Source: Malacoraja senta (lineage: Eukaryota). Taken from it: a stretch of 37,667 nucleotides of DNA. A model generated the notes under the pieces. That model saw only the letters and a list, made by a program, of their open reading frames with translations, was not told the DNA's origin and made no database searches. Position numbers and translations under genes: made by a program. Where the stretch lies: contig JAXLNO010000027.1 of assembly GCA_038087875.1 (NCBI GenBank), positions 1-37,667 of the forward strand. The letters are read 5' to 3'. Positions 11,926 to 23,131 of the stretch are shown piece by piece (the stretch's first letter is position 1; each line of letters opens with the position of its first letter).

Positions 11926-12627
11926 CGGCCCGAGAGCCGTTGGAGAGGTCGCAGAGGGAGGAGCTACACCCGAGCGGTAGGAGTGAAAGAGGAACCGAAA
12001 TATGCAACGTTCCAAGTTCCACTTCAAAAACAAGTGGGTTTGAGGAAGCCGCTGATTGGTGGAAGCAGAACCGCGCGGCAAAGGCGAGAGCGTCGAGCCT
12101 ATCCACCGGAGCGCCGCACGGATGTTGCGCGGGGGCCGAGTTAATTCAAACACGGCGGGTCCCACGTGCTTGCGGTAAGTAAAAAAAGGGCAGGCCGACT
12201 GCGATGACGTCGGCCCCCCGCACGTGACTCACCAGCGGCGGCTGTGGCGGCGGCCATCCTGATCGCGGCGCTGTAGCGATGGCTGTGCCTGTGGCCGCGC
12301 AGCGCACGTGCGTCACTGGCGGAGGCTGTGGCAGAGGAGGTTTGACGCACGGCGCTCGACCCACACTGGCGGCGGCCCGTGCGAGCGGCCGTGCGCACTC
12401 GTGCATCACTGGTGGAGGTTGTGCGGTGAGTATAGAGTTTTCGACATTGTCGATTTTATTTTTGCACCGCGCGGTGTTGGGAACACCGTCGCACGGCCCG
12501 GGAATTGTTCTTTCTCACGAGTGCGCGGTCTATGGCGGCAGATTCTTCCCGTTTCGCCGCCAATGACCGCAGATTCGTGAGACAGACCTTTTAGAGGACC
12601 AGGGCAGTTTACTGTTCTGGATGTCAG

Positions 12628-13527
12628 ATGTGGGAAGTCATGGAGTCTGATAGCCCTCCAGACGTCCACATCTGCGCCAGGTGTATCGAGATGGGGCTCC
12701 TAATGGACCGTATTAGGAACCTGGAGCAGCAGCTCGATGACCTCCGTCTGGTCAGGGAGAGCGAGGAAGTCATTGAGAGGAGTTACAGGGATGTGGTCAC
12801 TCCAACACCACAGGAGGCAGGCAAGTGGATCACGGTTGGGAGAGGCAAGGGGCACAGGCAGGGACTAGAGAGTACCCCGGTGGCTGTACACCTTGACAAT
12901 AAGTACTCCTGTTTGAGCACTGTTGGGGTGGAAAGCCTACCTGGGGGTAGCAACAGCGGCCTGGCCTCCGGTATAGAGACCGGTCCTGTTGCTCAGAAGG
13001 GTAAGGAAAAGAAGAGGAGGGCAATACTAATAGGGGACTCTATAGTTAGGGGGTCAGACAGGCAATTCTGTGGACGCAGTCGGGAGACCCGGATGGTAGT
13101 TTTCCTCCCTGGTGCCAGGGTCTGTGATGTGTCTCAATGTGTCCAAGATATCCTGAAAGGGCAGGGAGAGGAGTCCGAGGTCGTGATACATATAGGTACC
13201 AATGACATAGGTAAAAAAAGAGAAGAGGTCCTGAAAGGAGAATTTAGGGAGTTAGGAGGGGAGTTAAAGAGAAGGACAGCAAAGGTAACAATCTCGGGAT
13301 TACTGCCTGTGCCACGCGACAGTGAGAGTAGGAATGGAGCGAGGTGGAGGATAAATGCGTGGCTGAAGGACTGGTGCAGAAGGCAGGGATTCAAATTTCT
13401 GGATCATTGGGACCTCTTTTGTGGAAGGTTCGACCTGTACAAAAATGATGGGTTGCACTTGAACCTGAGGGGGACCGATATCCTGGCGGGGAGATCTGCA
13501 AAGGCTACTGGGGAGACTTTAAACTAG
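12628..13527 (+). CDS. CR1 ORF1p: Cys zinc-finger/coiled coil plus SGNH (GDSL) esterase domain
   Basis: Open 299-aa ORF with HICARC, heptad region, LIGDSIVRG, HIGTND and DGLH blocks. In-frame CSGC lies just upstream of the annotated Met, so the original start may be lost. Confidence 0.85.
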   Translation: MWEVMESDSPPDVHICARCIEMGLLMDRIRNLEQQLDDLRLVRESEEVIERSYRDVVTPTPQEAGKWITVGRGKGHRQGLESTPVAVHLDNKYSCLSTVGVESLPGGSNSGLASGIETGPVAQKGKEKKRRAILIGDSIVRGSDRQFCGRSRETRMVVFLPGARVCDVSQCVQDILKGQGEESEVVIHIGTNDIGKKREEVLKGEFRELGGELKRRTAKVTISGLLPVPRDSESRNGARWRINAWLKDWCRRQGFKFLDHWDLFCGRFDLYKNDGLHLNLRGTDILAGRSAKATGETLN

Positions 13528-13532
13528 AATGG

Positions 13533-16500
13533 TTGGGGGGAGGGACTCAAATAGAGAATGCTATTAGACAGTGTGTGAGGCAGGAGGCAGAGAAGGAAAG
13601 CACTCAGACCCAACATGTAGGGGGGAAAGAAGAAAACAATAATAAACAGAGAATAAGAGGTGGTGGGGTTCTTAAATGGGTGAGCAGAGAAACAGAGGGG
13701 TGTAAAATGCGGGCGAAAGCAATAGGTAGCAAGGTGAAAAGTAAAAGTGGCAGGCAGACAAATCCAGGGCAAAAATCAAAAAGAGCCACTTTTCAACATA
13801 ATTGTATAAGGGGTAAGAGCGTTGTAAAAACAAGCCTGAAGGCTTTGTGTCTCAATGCAAGGAGCATTCGTAATAAGGTGGATGAGTTGAACGTGCAGAT
13901 AGCAATTAATGATTATGATATAGTTGGGATCACGGAGACATGGCTCCAGGGTGACCAAGGCTGGGAGCTGAACATCCAGGGATATTCAATATTCAGGAGG
14001 GATAGAGAGAAAGGAAAAGGAGGTGGGGTAGCGTTGCTGGTTAGAGAGGAGGTTAACGCAGTGGAAAGGAAGGACATTAGCTTGGAGGATGTGGAATCGG
14101 TATGGGTAGAGCTGCGAAACACTAAGGCGCAGAAAACGCTGGTGGGTGTTGTGTACAGGCCACCTAGCAGTAGTAGTGAAGTTGGGGATGGCATCAAACA
14201 GGAAATTAGAAATGCGTGCAACAAAGGCAAAACAGTTATAATGGGTGACTTCAATCTACATATAGATTGGGTGAATCAAATTGGCAGGGGTGCTGAGGAA
14301 GAGGATTTCTTGGAATGTATGAGGGATAGTTATCTAAACCAACATGTAGAGGAACCAACGAGAGAGCAGGCTATTCTAAACTGGGTATTGAGTAATGAGG
14401 AAGGGTTAGTTAGCAGTCTTGTTGTGCGTGCCCCCTTGGGCAAGAGTGACCATAATATGGTTGAGTTCTTCATTAGGATGGAGAGTGACATTGTTAATTC
14501 AGAAACAACGGTTCTGAACTTAAAGAAAGGTAACTTTGAGGGTATGAGACGTGAATTGGCCAAGATTGACTGGCAATTAGTTCTAAAAGGGTTGACGGTG
14601 GATATGCAATGGAAGGCATTTAAAGACTGCATGGATGAACTACAAAAATTGTTAATCCCAGTTTGGCAAAAGAATAAATCAGGGAAGGTAGTGCATCCGT
14701 GGATAACAAGGGAAATCAGGGATAGTATCAAAGCAAAAGATGATGTGTACAAATTAGCCAGAAAAAGCAGCATACCAGAGGACTGGGAGAAATTCAGAGA
14801 CCAGCAGAGGAGGACAAAGGGCTTAATTAGGAAAGGGAAAATAGATTATGAAAGGAAACTGGCAGGGAACATAAAAACTGACTGCAAAAGTTTTTATAGA
14901 TATGTGAAGAGAAAGAGATTAGTTAAAACAAATGTAGGTCCCTTGCAGTCAGAAACAGGTGAATTGATCATGGGGAACAAGGATATGGCGGATCAATTGA
15001 ATAACTACTTTGGTTCCGTCTTCACTAAGGAAGACATAAATAATCTGCCGGAAATAGCAGGGGGCCGCGGGTCAAAGGAGATGGAGGAACTGAGTGAAAT
15101 CCAGGTTAGTCGTGAAGTGGTGTTGGGTAAATTGAATGGATTAAAGGCCGATAAATCACCAGGGCCAGATAGGCTGCATCCCAGAGTACTTAAGGAAGTA
15201 GCTCCAGAAATAGTGGATGCATTAGTGATAATTTTTCAAAACTCTTTAGATTCTGGAGTAGTTCCTGAGGATTGGAGGGAGAGAGAAAACGGGGAATTAC
15301 AGACCAGTTAGTCTAACATCGGTAGTGGGGAAACTGCTAGAGTCAGTTATTAAAGATGGGATAGCAACACGTTTGGAAAGTGGTGAAATCATTGGACAAA
15401 GTCAGCATGGATTTACAAAAGGTAAATCGTGTCTGACGAATCTTATAAAAAATTTCGAGGATGTAACTAGTAGAGTGGATAGGGGAGAACCAGTGGATGT
15501 GTTGTATCTAGACTTTCAGAAGGCTTTTGACAATGTACCACATAAGAGATTAGGATATAAACTTAAATCACACGGTATTGGGGGTTCAGTATTGATGTGG
15601 ATAGAGAACTGGCTGGCAAACAGGAAGCAAAGAGTAGGAGTAAACGGGTCCTTTTCACAATGGCAGGCAGTGACTAGTGGGGTACCGCAAGGCTCAGTGC
15701 TGGGACCCCAGCTATTTACAATTTATATTAATGATCTGGACGAGGGAATTGAAAGCAACATCTCCAAGTTTGCGGATGACACTAAGCTGGGGGGCAGTGT
15801 TAGCTGTGAGGAGGATGCTGGGGGACTGCAAGGTGACTTGGATAGGCTGGGTGAGTGGGCAATGTTTGGCAGATGCAGTATAATGTGGATAAATGTGAGG
15901 TTATCCACTTTGGTGGGAAAAACGGGAAGGCAGACTATTATCTAAATGGTGGCCGATTAGGAAATGGGGAGATGCAGCGAGACCTGGGTGTCATGGTACA
16001 CCAGTCATTGAAAGTAGGCATATAGGTGCAGCAGGCAGTGAAGAAAGCGAATGGTATGTTGGCCTTCATAGCAAGAGGATTTGTGTATAGGAGCAGGGAG
16101 GTTCTACTGCAGTTGTACAGGGTCTTGGTGAGACCACACCTGTAGTATTGCGTACAGTTTTGGTCTCCAAATCTGAGGAAGGACATTATAGCCATAGAGG
16201 GAGTGCAGAGGAGGTTCACCAGACTGATTCCTGGGATGTCAGGACTTTCATATGAAGAAAGACTGGATAGACTTGGCTTATACTCGCTAGAATTTAGGAG
16301 ATTGAGAGGGGATCTTATAGAAACGTACAAAATTCTTATGGGGTTGGACAGGCTAGATGCAGGAAGATTGTTCCCGATGTTGGGGAAGTCCAGGACAAGG
16401 GGTCACAGCTTAAGGATAAGGGGGAAATCCTTTAAGACCGAGATGAGGAAAAACTTTTTCACACAGAGAGTGGTGAATCTCTGGAACTCTCTGCCACAGA

Positions 16501-16607
16501 GGGTAGTTGAGGCCAGTTCATTGGCTATATTTAAGAGGGAGTTAGATGTGGCCCTTGTGGCTAAAGGGATCAGGGGGTATGGAGAGAAGGCAGGTACGGG
16601 ATACTGA
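13533..16607 (+). pseudogene. CR1 ORF2 (APE endonuclease plus RT), disrupted
   Basis: [58 protein letters not shown]; frameshifts near 15280 and 15862, stop near 16142. Confidence 0.9.
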
Positions 16608-16973
16608 GTTGGATGATCAGCCATGATCATATTGAATGGCGGTGCAGGCTCGAAGGGCCGAATGGCCTACTCCTGCACCTATTTTCTATGTATCTATGTA
16701 TCTATACACATTTAATCCAAGTTTATTGATCTGAGATATTAACTCTGACATTGATTCTGTTTTGTTCTCCATAGATGCATTTTCTGCTTTTATTGAAAAT
16801 AAAATTGGTTTTAAGTCCAGTTGAAATAATTCATATTTTAGGTGTTTCCATTTTTTAATACAACCTAAATATGTAGGGTGACAATTTTGTGAAACTCACA
16901 AATAACAGCACTGTACTTCAAATTCAAAGTTAAAGCATGTAGTATTTGTTTTTGTCCTTTGTTTGACATTCTT

Positions 16974-17208
16974 TCTTCTTCACACAGAGAGTTGTGAGTC
17001 TGTGGAATTCTCTGCCTCAGAGGGCAGTGGAGGCCAGTTCTCTGGATACTTTCAAGAGAGAGCTAGATAGGGCTCTTAAAAATAGCGGAGTCAGGGGATA
17101 TGGGGAGAAGGCAGGAACGGGGTACTGATTGGGCATGATCAGCCATGATCACATTGAATGGCGGTGCTGGCTCGAAGGACCGAATGGCCTACTCCTGCAC
17201 CTATTGTC
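16974..17208 (+). mobile_element. CR1 3' fragment
   Basis: ttcacacagagagttgtg...gaatggcctactcctgcacctattgtc, similar to other CR1 3' ends here. Confidence 0.85.
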
Positions 17209-17734
17209 AATTGCCAAAAAAATTGAAGGATTTTTGCATGAATTACATGTACCTTCTCTCACGCTACCGGACCAGTGACATTTGTCATGCAGGATTGTTT
17301 AGTGTTCCGGTCATCTTTGCGTTTTAATGACATTTTTAGGGTAGCTCTAATTGGATTTTAGACAACTCTATCTGGGGAACTTGTAAGGGAATGAAGGGAT
17401 CACATATTTATCAGTGTTCTTATCAGTGAAATCTCTCAAATGCCGGTTTACTTATTACCCATAAGGCAATTATTTATTTTGATGTTAAACTGCAAATTTT
17501 CTTCAATAAAGAGCTTAACTAGCCATACCCAAAGAAACCTGGAAAGAGGAAAATCAATCCAGTTGCTTAAGAATTTGGAAACTGTTGCTTTTCAAGTCGC
17601 TTCTGAATTGGCGTGATATTCTACCACAAATCCACTGACTTCCACAGCAATCCAGACTATATCTCAGTCCAACCAGTCTCTTGTAAGGTGCTCTCCGTTT
17701 TTCTGCCTCTGCCACATCTGTTCTCGAGATAAGT

Positions 17735-18555
17735 CTTCCCACTGTGACATCCCGGCTGCTGGCCATTTCAATTCCCTTCTGACTCACACGCCGACTTGTC
17801 TGTCCTCGGCCTCCTGCACTGCCAGGATGAGGTCAAGTGCAAACTGGGGGAACAGCACTTCATATTCCACCTCAATGTTGTTTTATTTGTCACATATGCA
17901 ACTGCACAGTAAAATTATTTTTGCATATATTACACATGCGGGCACCACCATTTTTGGTGCCATTATTCAAACTTTAAAGTCTGGTTGACCCGTGCGCTCT
18001 GAGTGCTGGAGCAGTTCCCGCGAAGCAACGGCCCTCTCCTTTCCTCGCCTGCCATTGTTGAGTACCAGGGCTCATCCTGCAGCCGATCTTGAAGGCGCTG
18101 GAGGCATTTCCTAAGTTCACCCTCCTCATGTCCGACATCTCCAGCTCCCTCCCGGTTCCGCCGTCCGTCGAGCCTTCGAGCGGGTTACAGGTCCCACCGA
18201 CTGACGAGCCCTCGGGCGGTAGTCTACAACCCAATGACATGAACATTGTTTCCTCTATTTCAGGTAACCTGCTCCTACTTCCCTCTAACCACTCAGATTA
18301 TACCACCCATGCTCTTCTTTCCCAGAGCAACACTCACCTAGCTTCATCCCTATTCCATCTGCCCATCACTAACACTCTTCTCCTGATATGTCCCTTCCCC
18401 CCACTGTTCCCATCTTCCCACCCTTCCTCCCTTATTTGTTCCCTACTCCACCTTCAATTCCAAACATTTCCCTCCACAGATGCTGCCCGATTAGCTGAGT
18501 TCCTCATCAGGTTTGTTTTTTGCTCCAGATCCGACATATGCAGTATTTTGTTTCT
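17735..18555 (+). mobile_element. Old Penelope GIY-YIG 3' fragment, interrupted (~17873-18212) by an antisense non-autonomous element with a Rex1-like tail
   Basis: 17735-17872 and 18213-18270 align to the reverse complement of 35330-35500; the insert starts with tttatttgtcaca (reverse of the tgtgaca(a)ataaa tail). Confidence 0.6.
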
Positions 18556-18610
18556 TTAATATTGCCCATTCCTCTGGTATGATGCCATGTACAGGAAATG
18601 AAGAAATAAG

Positions 18611-18817
18611 ACAGACACAAAATGCTGGAGTAACTCAGTGGGCCAGGCAGCATCTTTGGAAGAAAGGAATAGGCAACATTTCCTCAGACTCCAACCCAGA
18701 ATGTGACATAGGTGACCTATTCCTTTTCTCCAGAGAACCTGCCTGACCCTCTGAGTTACTCCAATATTTTGTGTCTATCTTCGGTATAAACCAGCATCTG
18801 CAGTTTCTTCCTGCACA
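18611..18817. mobile_element. Palindromic Penelope terminal-repeat remnant
   Basis: Inverted arms gacacaaaatgctggagtaactcag...aaggaatagg / cctattcctt...ctgagttactccaatattttgtgtc. Confidence 0.7.
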
Positions 18818-19064
18818 AATGAAGAAATAAATCAGGTCCATTATAGTTCTGGATGGTTTTTAATGTAATCATTTGAGATAATATTATTTACAGCTCAAAA
18901 GGCCTGTGCCCATGCTGTAGTTTTCTATCTTTAAATTTAAGCAATTTTGAGAAGCTGAGGAGCTGACTGAAGTGGAAGAGCTTAAGTGCAGTGTAGGAGC
19001 AGGCAGCTATAAAACTGTTATGAAATGGAAATGTTAATATACCACCTCTAACTCTGGTAGGGAG

Positions 19065-19388
19065 ACGGCCGTTCCAGGTGTCCCAAGCTGCTGAGAGGGT
19101 TCTCCCGACGCCGGAACACCATCACCCGGCGAAGAAGGGCCTGTAACATCGGCCCCCGTAGCGGCGACTGTGGAGGCCTATATAGGCCAGACTATGGGTG
19201 GACAAGGGGATATGGACTGGACTTTGTGCCTTCCCCCACAGTGGGATCCATTGTGGGGGGAGGTTTTTATGTTTTATGTTAAATTTCTTTAATGTTGTGT
19301 CTATTTGTGCTGCATGGCAAGAACAAATTTCACTACACCATTTGGTGTATGTGACAATAAATGCCCTTTGTCCTTTGTCCTTTGTCCT
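19065..19388 (+). mobile_element. Non-autonomous retroposon with Rex1-like 3' tail
   Basis: GC-rich body then aatttcact...tgtgacaataaa and (ctttgtc)n tail, resembling the 3' end at 3665-3720. Confidence 0.5.
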
Positions 19389-19778
19389 AACAGGAAGGCT
19401 TAAATACAGTGTAACAAGTTTACATGGAACACTTCCAATGTAAATGTTGACAAGCAGCGGAACGGGGAGGCTTTTAGTAAACGACACAAACTTGACATGA
19501 GGAAGTAACATTTTGTAAATGGCAATGAACATAACAAGTTCAATTATCTTTTCAAGGCACATTGATTTTTTTCTCCAGGACAAGATATAAGTGATGAGCT
19601 CAAACTAAGTACATATTTGGAGTAATGGATCCAAGACTTACAATTATCTTTGAAGTTGGCCTGGAAGAAATCCAATGCACCTTTAAGAAATTAACTTTAA
19701 GACATTTCAAACCAATAGATCTTTGTGATCTTGTTTTGTTTCTTTTGATTTATGTATTCACCGCTTAATTTTCAGTGG

Positions 19779-20875
19779 TTCAGATTCAGATTCAGATTCA
19801 GATTCAACTTTATTGTCATTGTGCAGTGTACAGTACAGAGACAACGAAATGCAGTTAGCATCTCCCTAGAAGAGCGACATAAATATGAGCAGTAAATAAA
19901 TAAATCTAATCTAATAAATCCTGGTGGGAGGAGTGACCGGGGGGGGAGGGGTGTGATTGGCAGTCACCGAGGTACAGTGTTGAGTAGTGTAACCGCCGCA
20001 GGGAAGAAGCTGTTCCTGGACCTGCTGGTCCGGCAACGGAGAGACCTGTAGCGCCTCCCGGATGGTAGGAGGGTAAACAGTCTGTGGTTGGGGTGAGAGC
20101 AGTCCTTGGCGATGCTGAGCGCCCTTCGCAGACAACGCTTGCTTTGGACAGACTCAATGGTGGGGAGTGAGGAACCGGTGATGCGTTGGGCAATTTTCAC
20201 CACCCTCTGCAGTGCTTTCCGGTCGGAGACAGAGCAGTTGCCATACCATACTGTGATGCAGTTGGTAAGGATGCTCTCGATGGTGCAGCGGTAGAAGTTC
20301 ACCAGAATCCGAGGAAACGATGGACCTTCTTTAGTCTCCTCAGGAAGAAGAGACGCTGGTGAGCCTTCTTGACCAGAGTTGAGGTATTGTTGGTCCAAGA
20401 GAGGTCATCGGAGATGTTGACCCCCAGGAACCTGAAGCTGGAAACACGTTCCACCTCCCTCCCGTTAATGTGGATGGGGGTGTGCATGCCGCCCCTAGAC
20501 TTCCTGAAGTCTACAATGAGCTCCTTGGTCTTCTTGGAGTTAAGGGCCAGGTTGTTGTCAGCGCACCATGCTGCTAGGAGCTGGACCTCATGAGGCCAAT
20601 CACCGTTGTATCATCTGCATACTTGATGATGGTGTTAGTACCATGTACAGGTGTGCAGTCGTAGGTGAAGAGGGAGTAGAGGAGGGGGCTCAGCACACAG
20701 CCCTGTGGAACGCCGGTGTTCAGGGTGAGGGTTGAAGAGGTGTGCTTGTCTAACCTAACAGACTGGGGTCTGTTGGTTAGAAAGTCCAGTATCCAGTTGC
20801 AGAGGGAGGGGTCGATGCCCAGGTCACCGAGTTTGGTGATCAGTTTAGAGGGTATGATGGTGTTGAATGCTGAGC
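19779..20875 (-). mobile_element. Rex1/Babar-type LINE, 5'-truncated (RT C-half and 3' tail)
   Basis: VERVSSFRFLGV, KAHQRLFFLRRL, FYRCTIESIL, LPSGRRYRS; tail seen as (ttcaga)n on the plus strand. Confidence 0.85.
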
Positions 20876-20964
20876 ATTCAAGTTCTGTGATATGATTGAG
20901 TAATAGGAAGCCTCTGTAAACTGATAGTGATAGCTCAGGTCGATAAGGTGGTGAAGGAGTCGAA

Positions 20965-21665
20965 TGGAATACTTGCCTGCATCAACTGGGATATAGAATA
21001 TAAGAGCAGGGAGATTATGGTATAATTTATAAAACATTTGTTAGCCATAGCTGGAGTACTTTGAGCAGTTCTGCTTGACAAACTGCAGGAAGAACATGGA
21101 TAGGTGATGTTTCGGGTCGGAACCCTTCATCAAAAGACCTGAACTGACCTGACCCGAACTGACCTGACCCGAAACGTCACCTATCCATGTTCTCCAGGGA
21201 TGCTGCCTGACCCGTTGAGTTACTCCAGCACCTTGTGTCTTTTTTAAAGTAAACCATCAACTGCATTTCTTTGTTTCTACGGTAGGAAGGATATTATTTG
21301 TCTGTAGATGGTGCAAAAGAATTTCACCAGGATGTTCCCCAGATGGAGCATCTTGGTTATGAGAAGAGATTAGATGGGCTTGGTTTATTTTCTTCAGACC
21401 CAAGGACACTGAAGGAAGACCTGATAGAATTATACAAAATTATGAGTGGTATAGTTCCAAGGAAGCTTTTCCCCATAGCAGAGGGGAATAAAGGCATGAT
21501 TCTAAGGAAAGGGCTAAGAGATTTAGAAGGGTTCTGAGAAAACTTTTTTCCACTGGGAGGTAGATTGGAAACTGGAATGAACTGCCAGATTGGGTGGTAG
21601 AGGCAGGTACTCTAACATTTAAGAAGTATTTAGAAGATAATTTAAATAGCTAATGCATAGAAGGC
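20965..21665 (+). mobile_element. Old CR1 3' fragment with a Penelope palindrome inserted at ~21088-21280
   Basis: Degenerate CR1 ORF2 end (LGYEKRLDGLGLFS, DLIELYKIM); insert has inverted arms gaacatggataggtga / tcacctatccatgttc. Confidence 0.65.
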
Positions 21666-21828
21666 ACATGCTGGAAATGAGATGGTCATAATGTGACTGT
21701 TTCTGTCCCATATGAAATGATTTCAATTATCACAAATTATGTGAGGTTGGGATGTTATTCCACTGTAAGTTGAACAAGTTATGCTTTGCTATTCCACTGC
21801 CAATTTTGTCAATTTGGAATTTATTTGA

Positions 21829-23131
21829 AATGAATGAATGAATGAATGAATGAATGAATGAATGAATGAATAAGTTTATTGGCCAAGTATTCACAGACAA
21901 GGAATTTGCCTTGCTGCTCCGCCCGCAAGTGACAATGACATACAGTGACAGTTAGGAATGACACATAAAACATTAAACATTAATAATAAAACATTATTGA
22001 TTAAACATGTAAATTATTTAAAATACCAGAGCAAAAGGAGGCTACAGATTTCTGGTTATTGAGTAGAGCTACTACTCGTGGAAAAAAACTGTTTTTATGT
22101 CTGACTGTAGTAGCTTTGACAGTCCGGAGTCGCCTTCCAGAGGGAAGTGATTCAAAGAGTTTGTGGCCAGGGTGAGAGGGGTCAGACAATATATTACCCG
22201 ATCGCTTCCTGACCCTTGTAGTGTACAGTTCATCATTGAAGGGAAGGTTGCAGCCAATAACCTTCTCAGCTGATCGGTGGATTCGCTGCAGCCTCCAGAT
22301 GTCGTGCTTGGTGGCTGAGCCAAACCAGACCATGATGGAGAAGGTGAGGACAGACTCTATGATGGCCGTATAGAATTGGACCATCATTGCCTGTGGCAGA
22401 TTGTGTTTCCTCAGCTGCTGCAGGAAGTACATCCTCTGTTGTGGTTTTTTGACTGAGGAGTCAATGGTAGCCCCCCATTTAAGGTCTTTGGAGATGATGG
22501 TTCCCAGGAACTTCAAAGACTCCACAGATGTGACTGTAGTGTTGTTGATGGCGAGTGGGGTGAGGGGAGGGGGAGCTATCCTAAAGTCTACTGTCTTAAG
22601 AGCATTGAGCTCCAGATTCTTGCGATGGCACCAGGCCGCCCGCTGTGTCACTTCCTGTCTGTAGGCAGATTCTTCCCCATCCTGGATCAGTCCAATCAGG
22701 GTTGTGTCGTCCGCAAACTTGAGAAGCTTGACAGAGGAGTCAGTGGAGGTGCAGTCATTGGTGTAGAGTAGAGGAGAGGGGAGAGTATGCAGCCTTGCGG
22801 TGCTCCTATGCTGAAGGTTTGTGGGTCTGAGATGTGCTTTCCCAGCCTCACATGCTGCTTCCTGTCTGTCAGGAAGCTGGTGATTCACCGACAGAGGGGT
22901 TCAGGCACAATCAACTCGGAAAGTTTGGAATGTAGTAGCTCTGGCACAATGGTGTTGAATGCGGAGCTAAAATCAACAAACCAAATCCTCGCATAGGTCC
23001 CCTGATGGTCTAGGTGCTGGAGGATGAAGTGCAGGCCCAGGTTGACTGCGTCATCCACAGATCTATTGGCCCGATATGCAAACTGCAGAGGGTCCAGCAG
23101 GGGGTTTGTGATATTTTTCAGCTTGGCCAGC
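21829..23131 (-). mobile_element. Rex1/Babar-type LINE (a different family), 5'-truncated
   Basis: [33 protein letters not shown]; tail seen as (tgaa)n at 21829-21871. Confidence 0.85.

Larger units (their letters stand above)
11930..16706 (+). mobile_element. CR1-clade LINE, near full length (5' UTR, ORF1, ORF2, 3' tail)
   Basis: GC-rich 5' UTR, esterase ORF1, APE-RT ORF2, 3' hairpin and (tatctatg)n tail. 5' boundary is approximate. Confidence 0.9.

Noticed and set aside
11883..12669. Cluster of overlapping short ORFs
   Set aside because: Expected from GC-rich, stop-poor CR1 5' UTR; no domain motifs.
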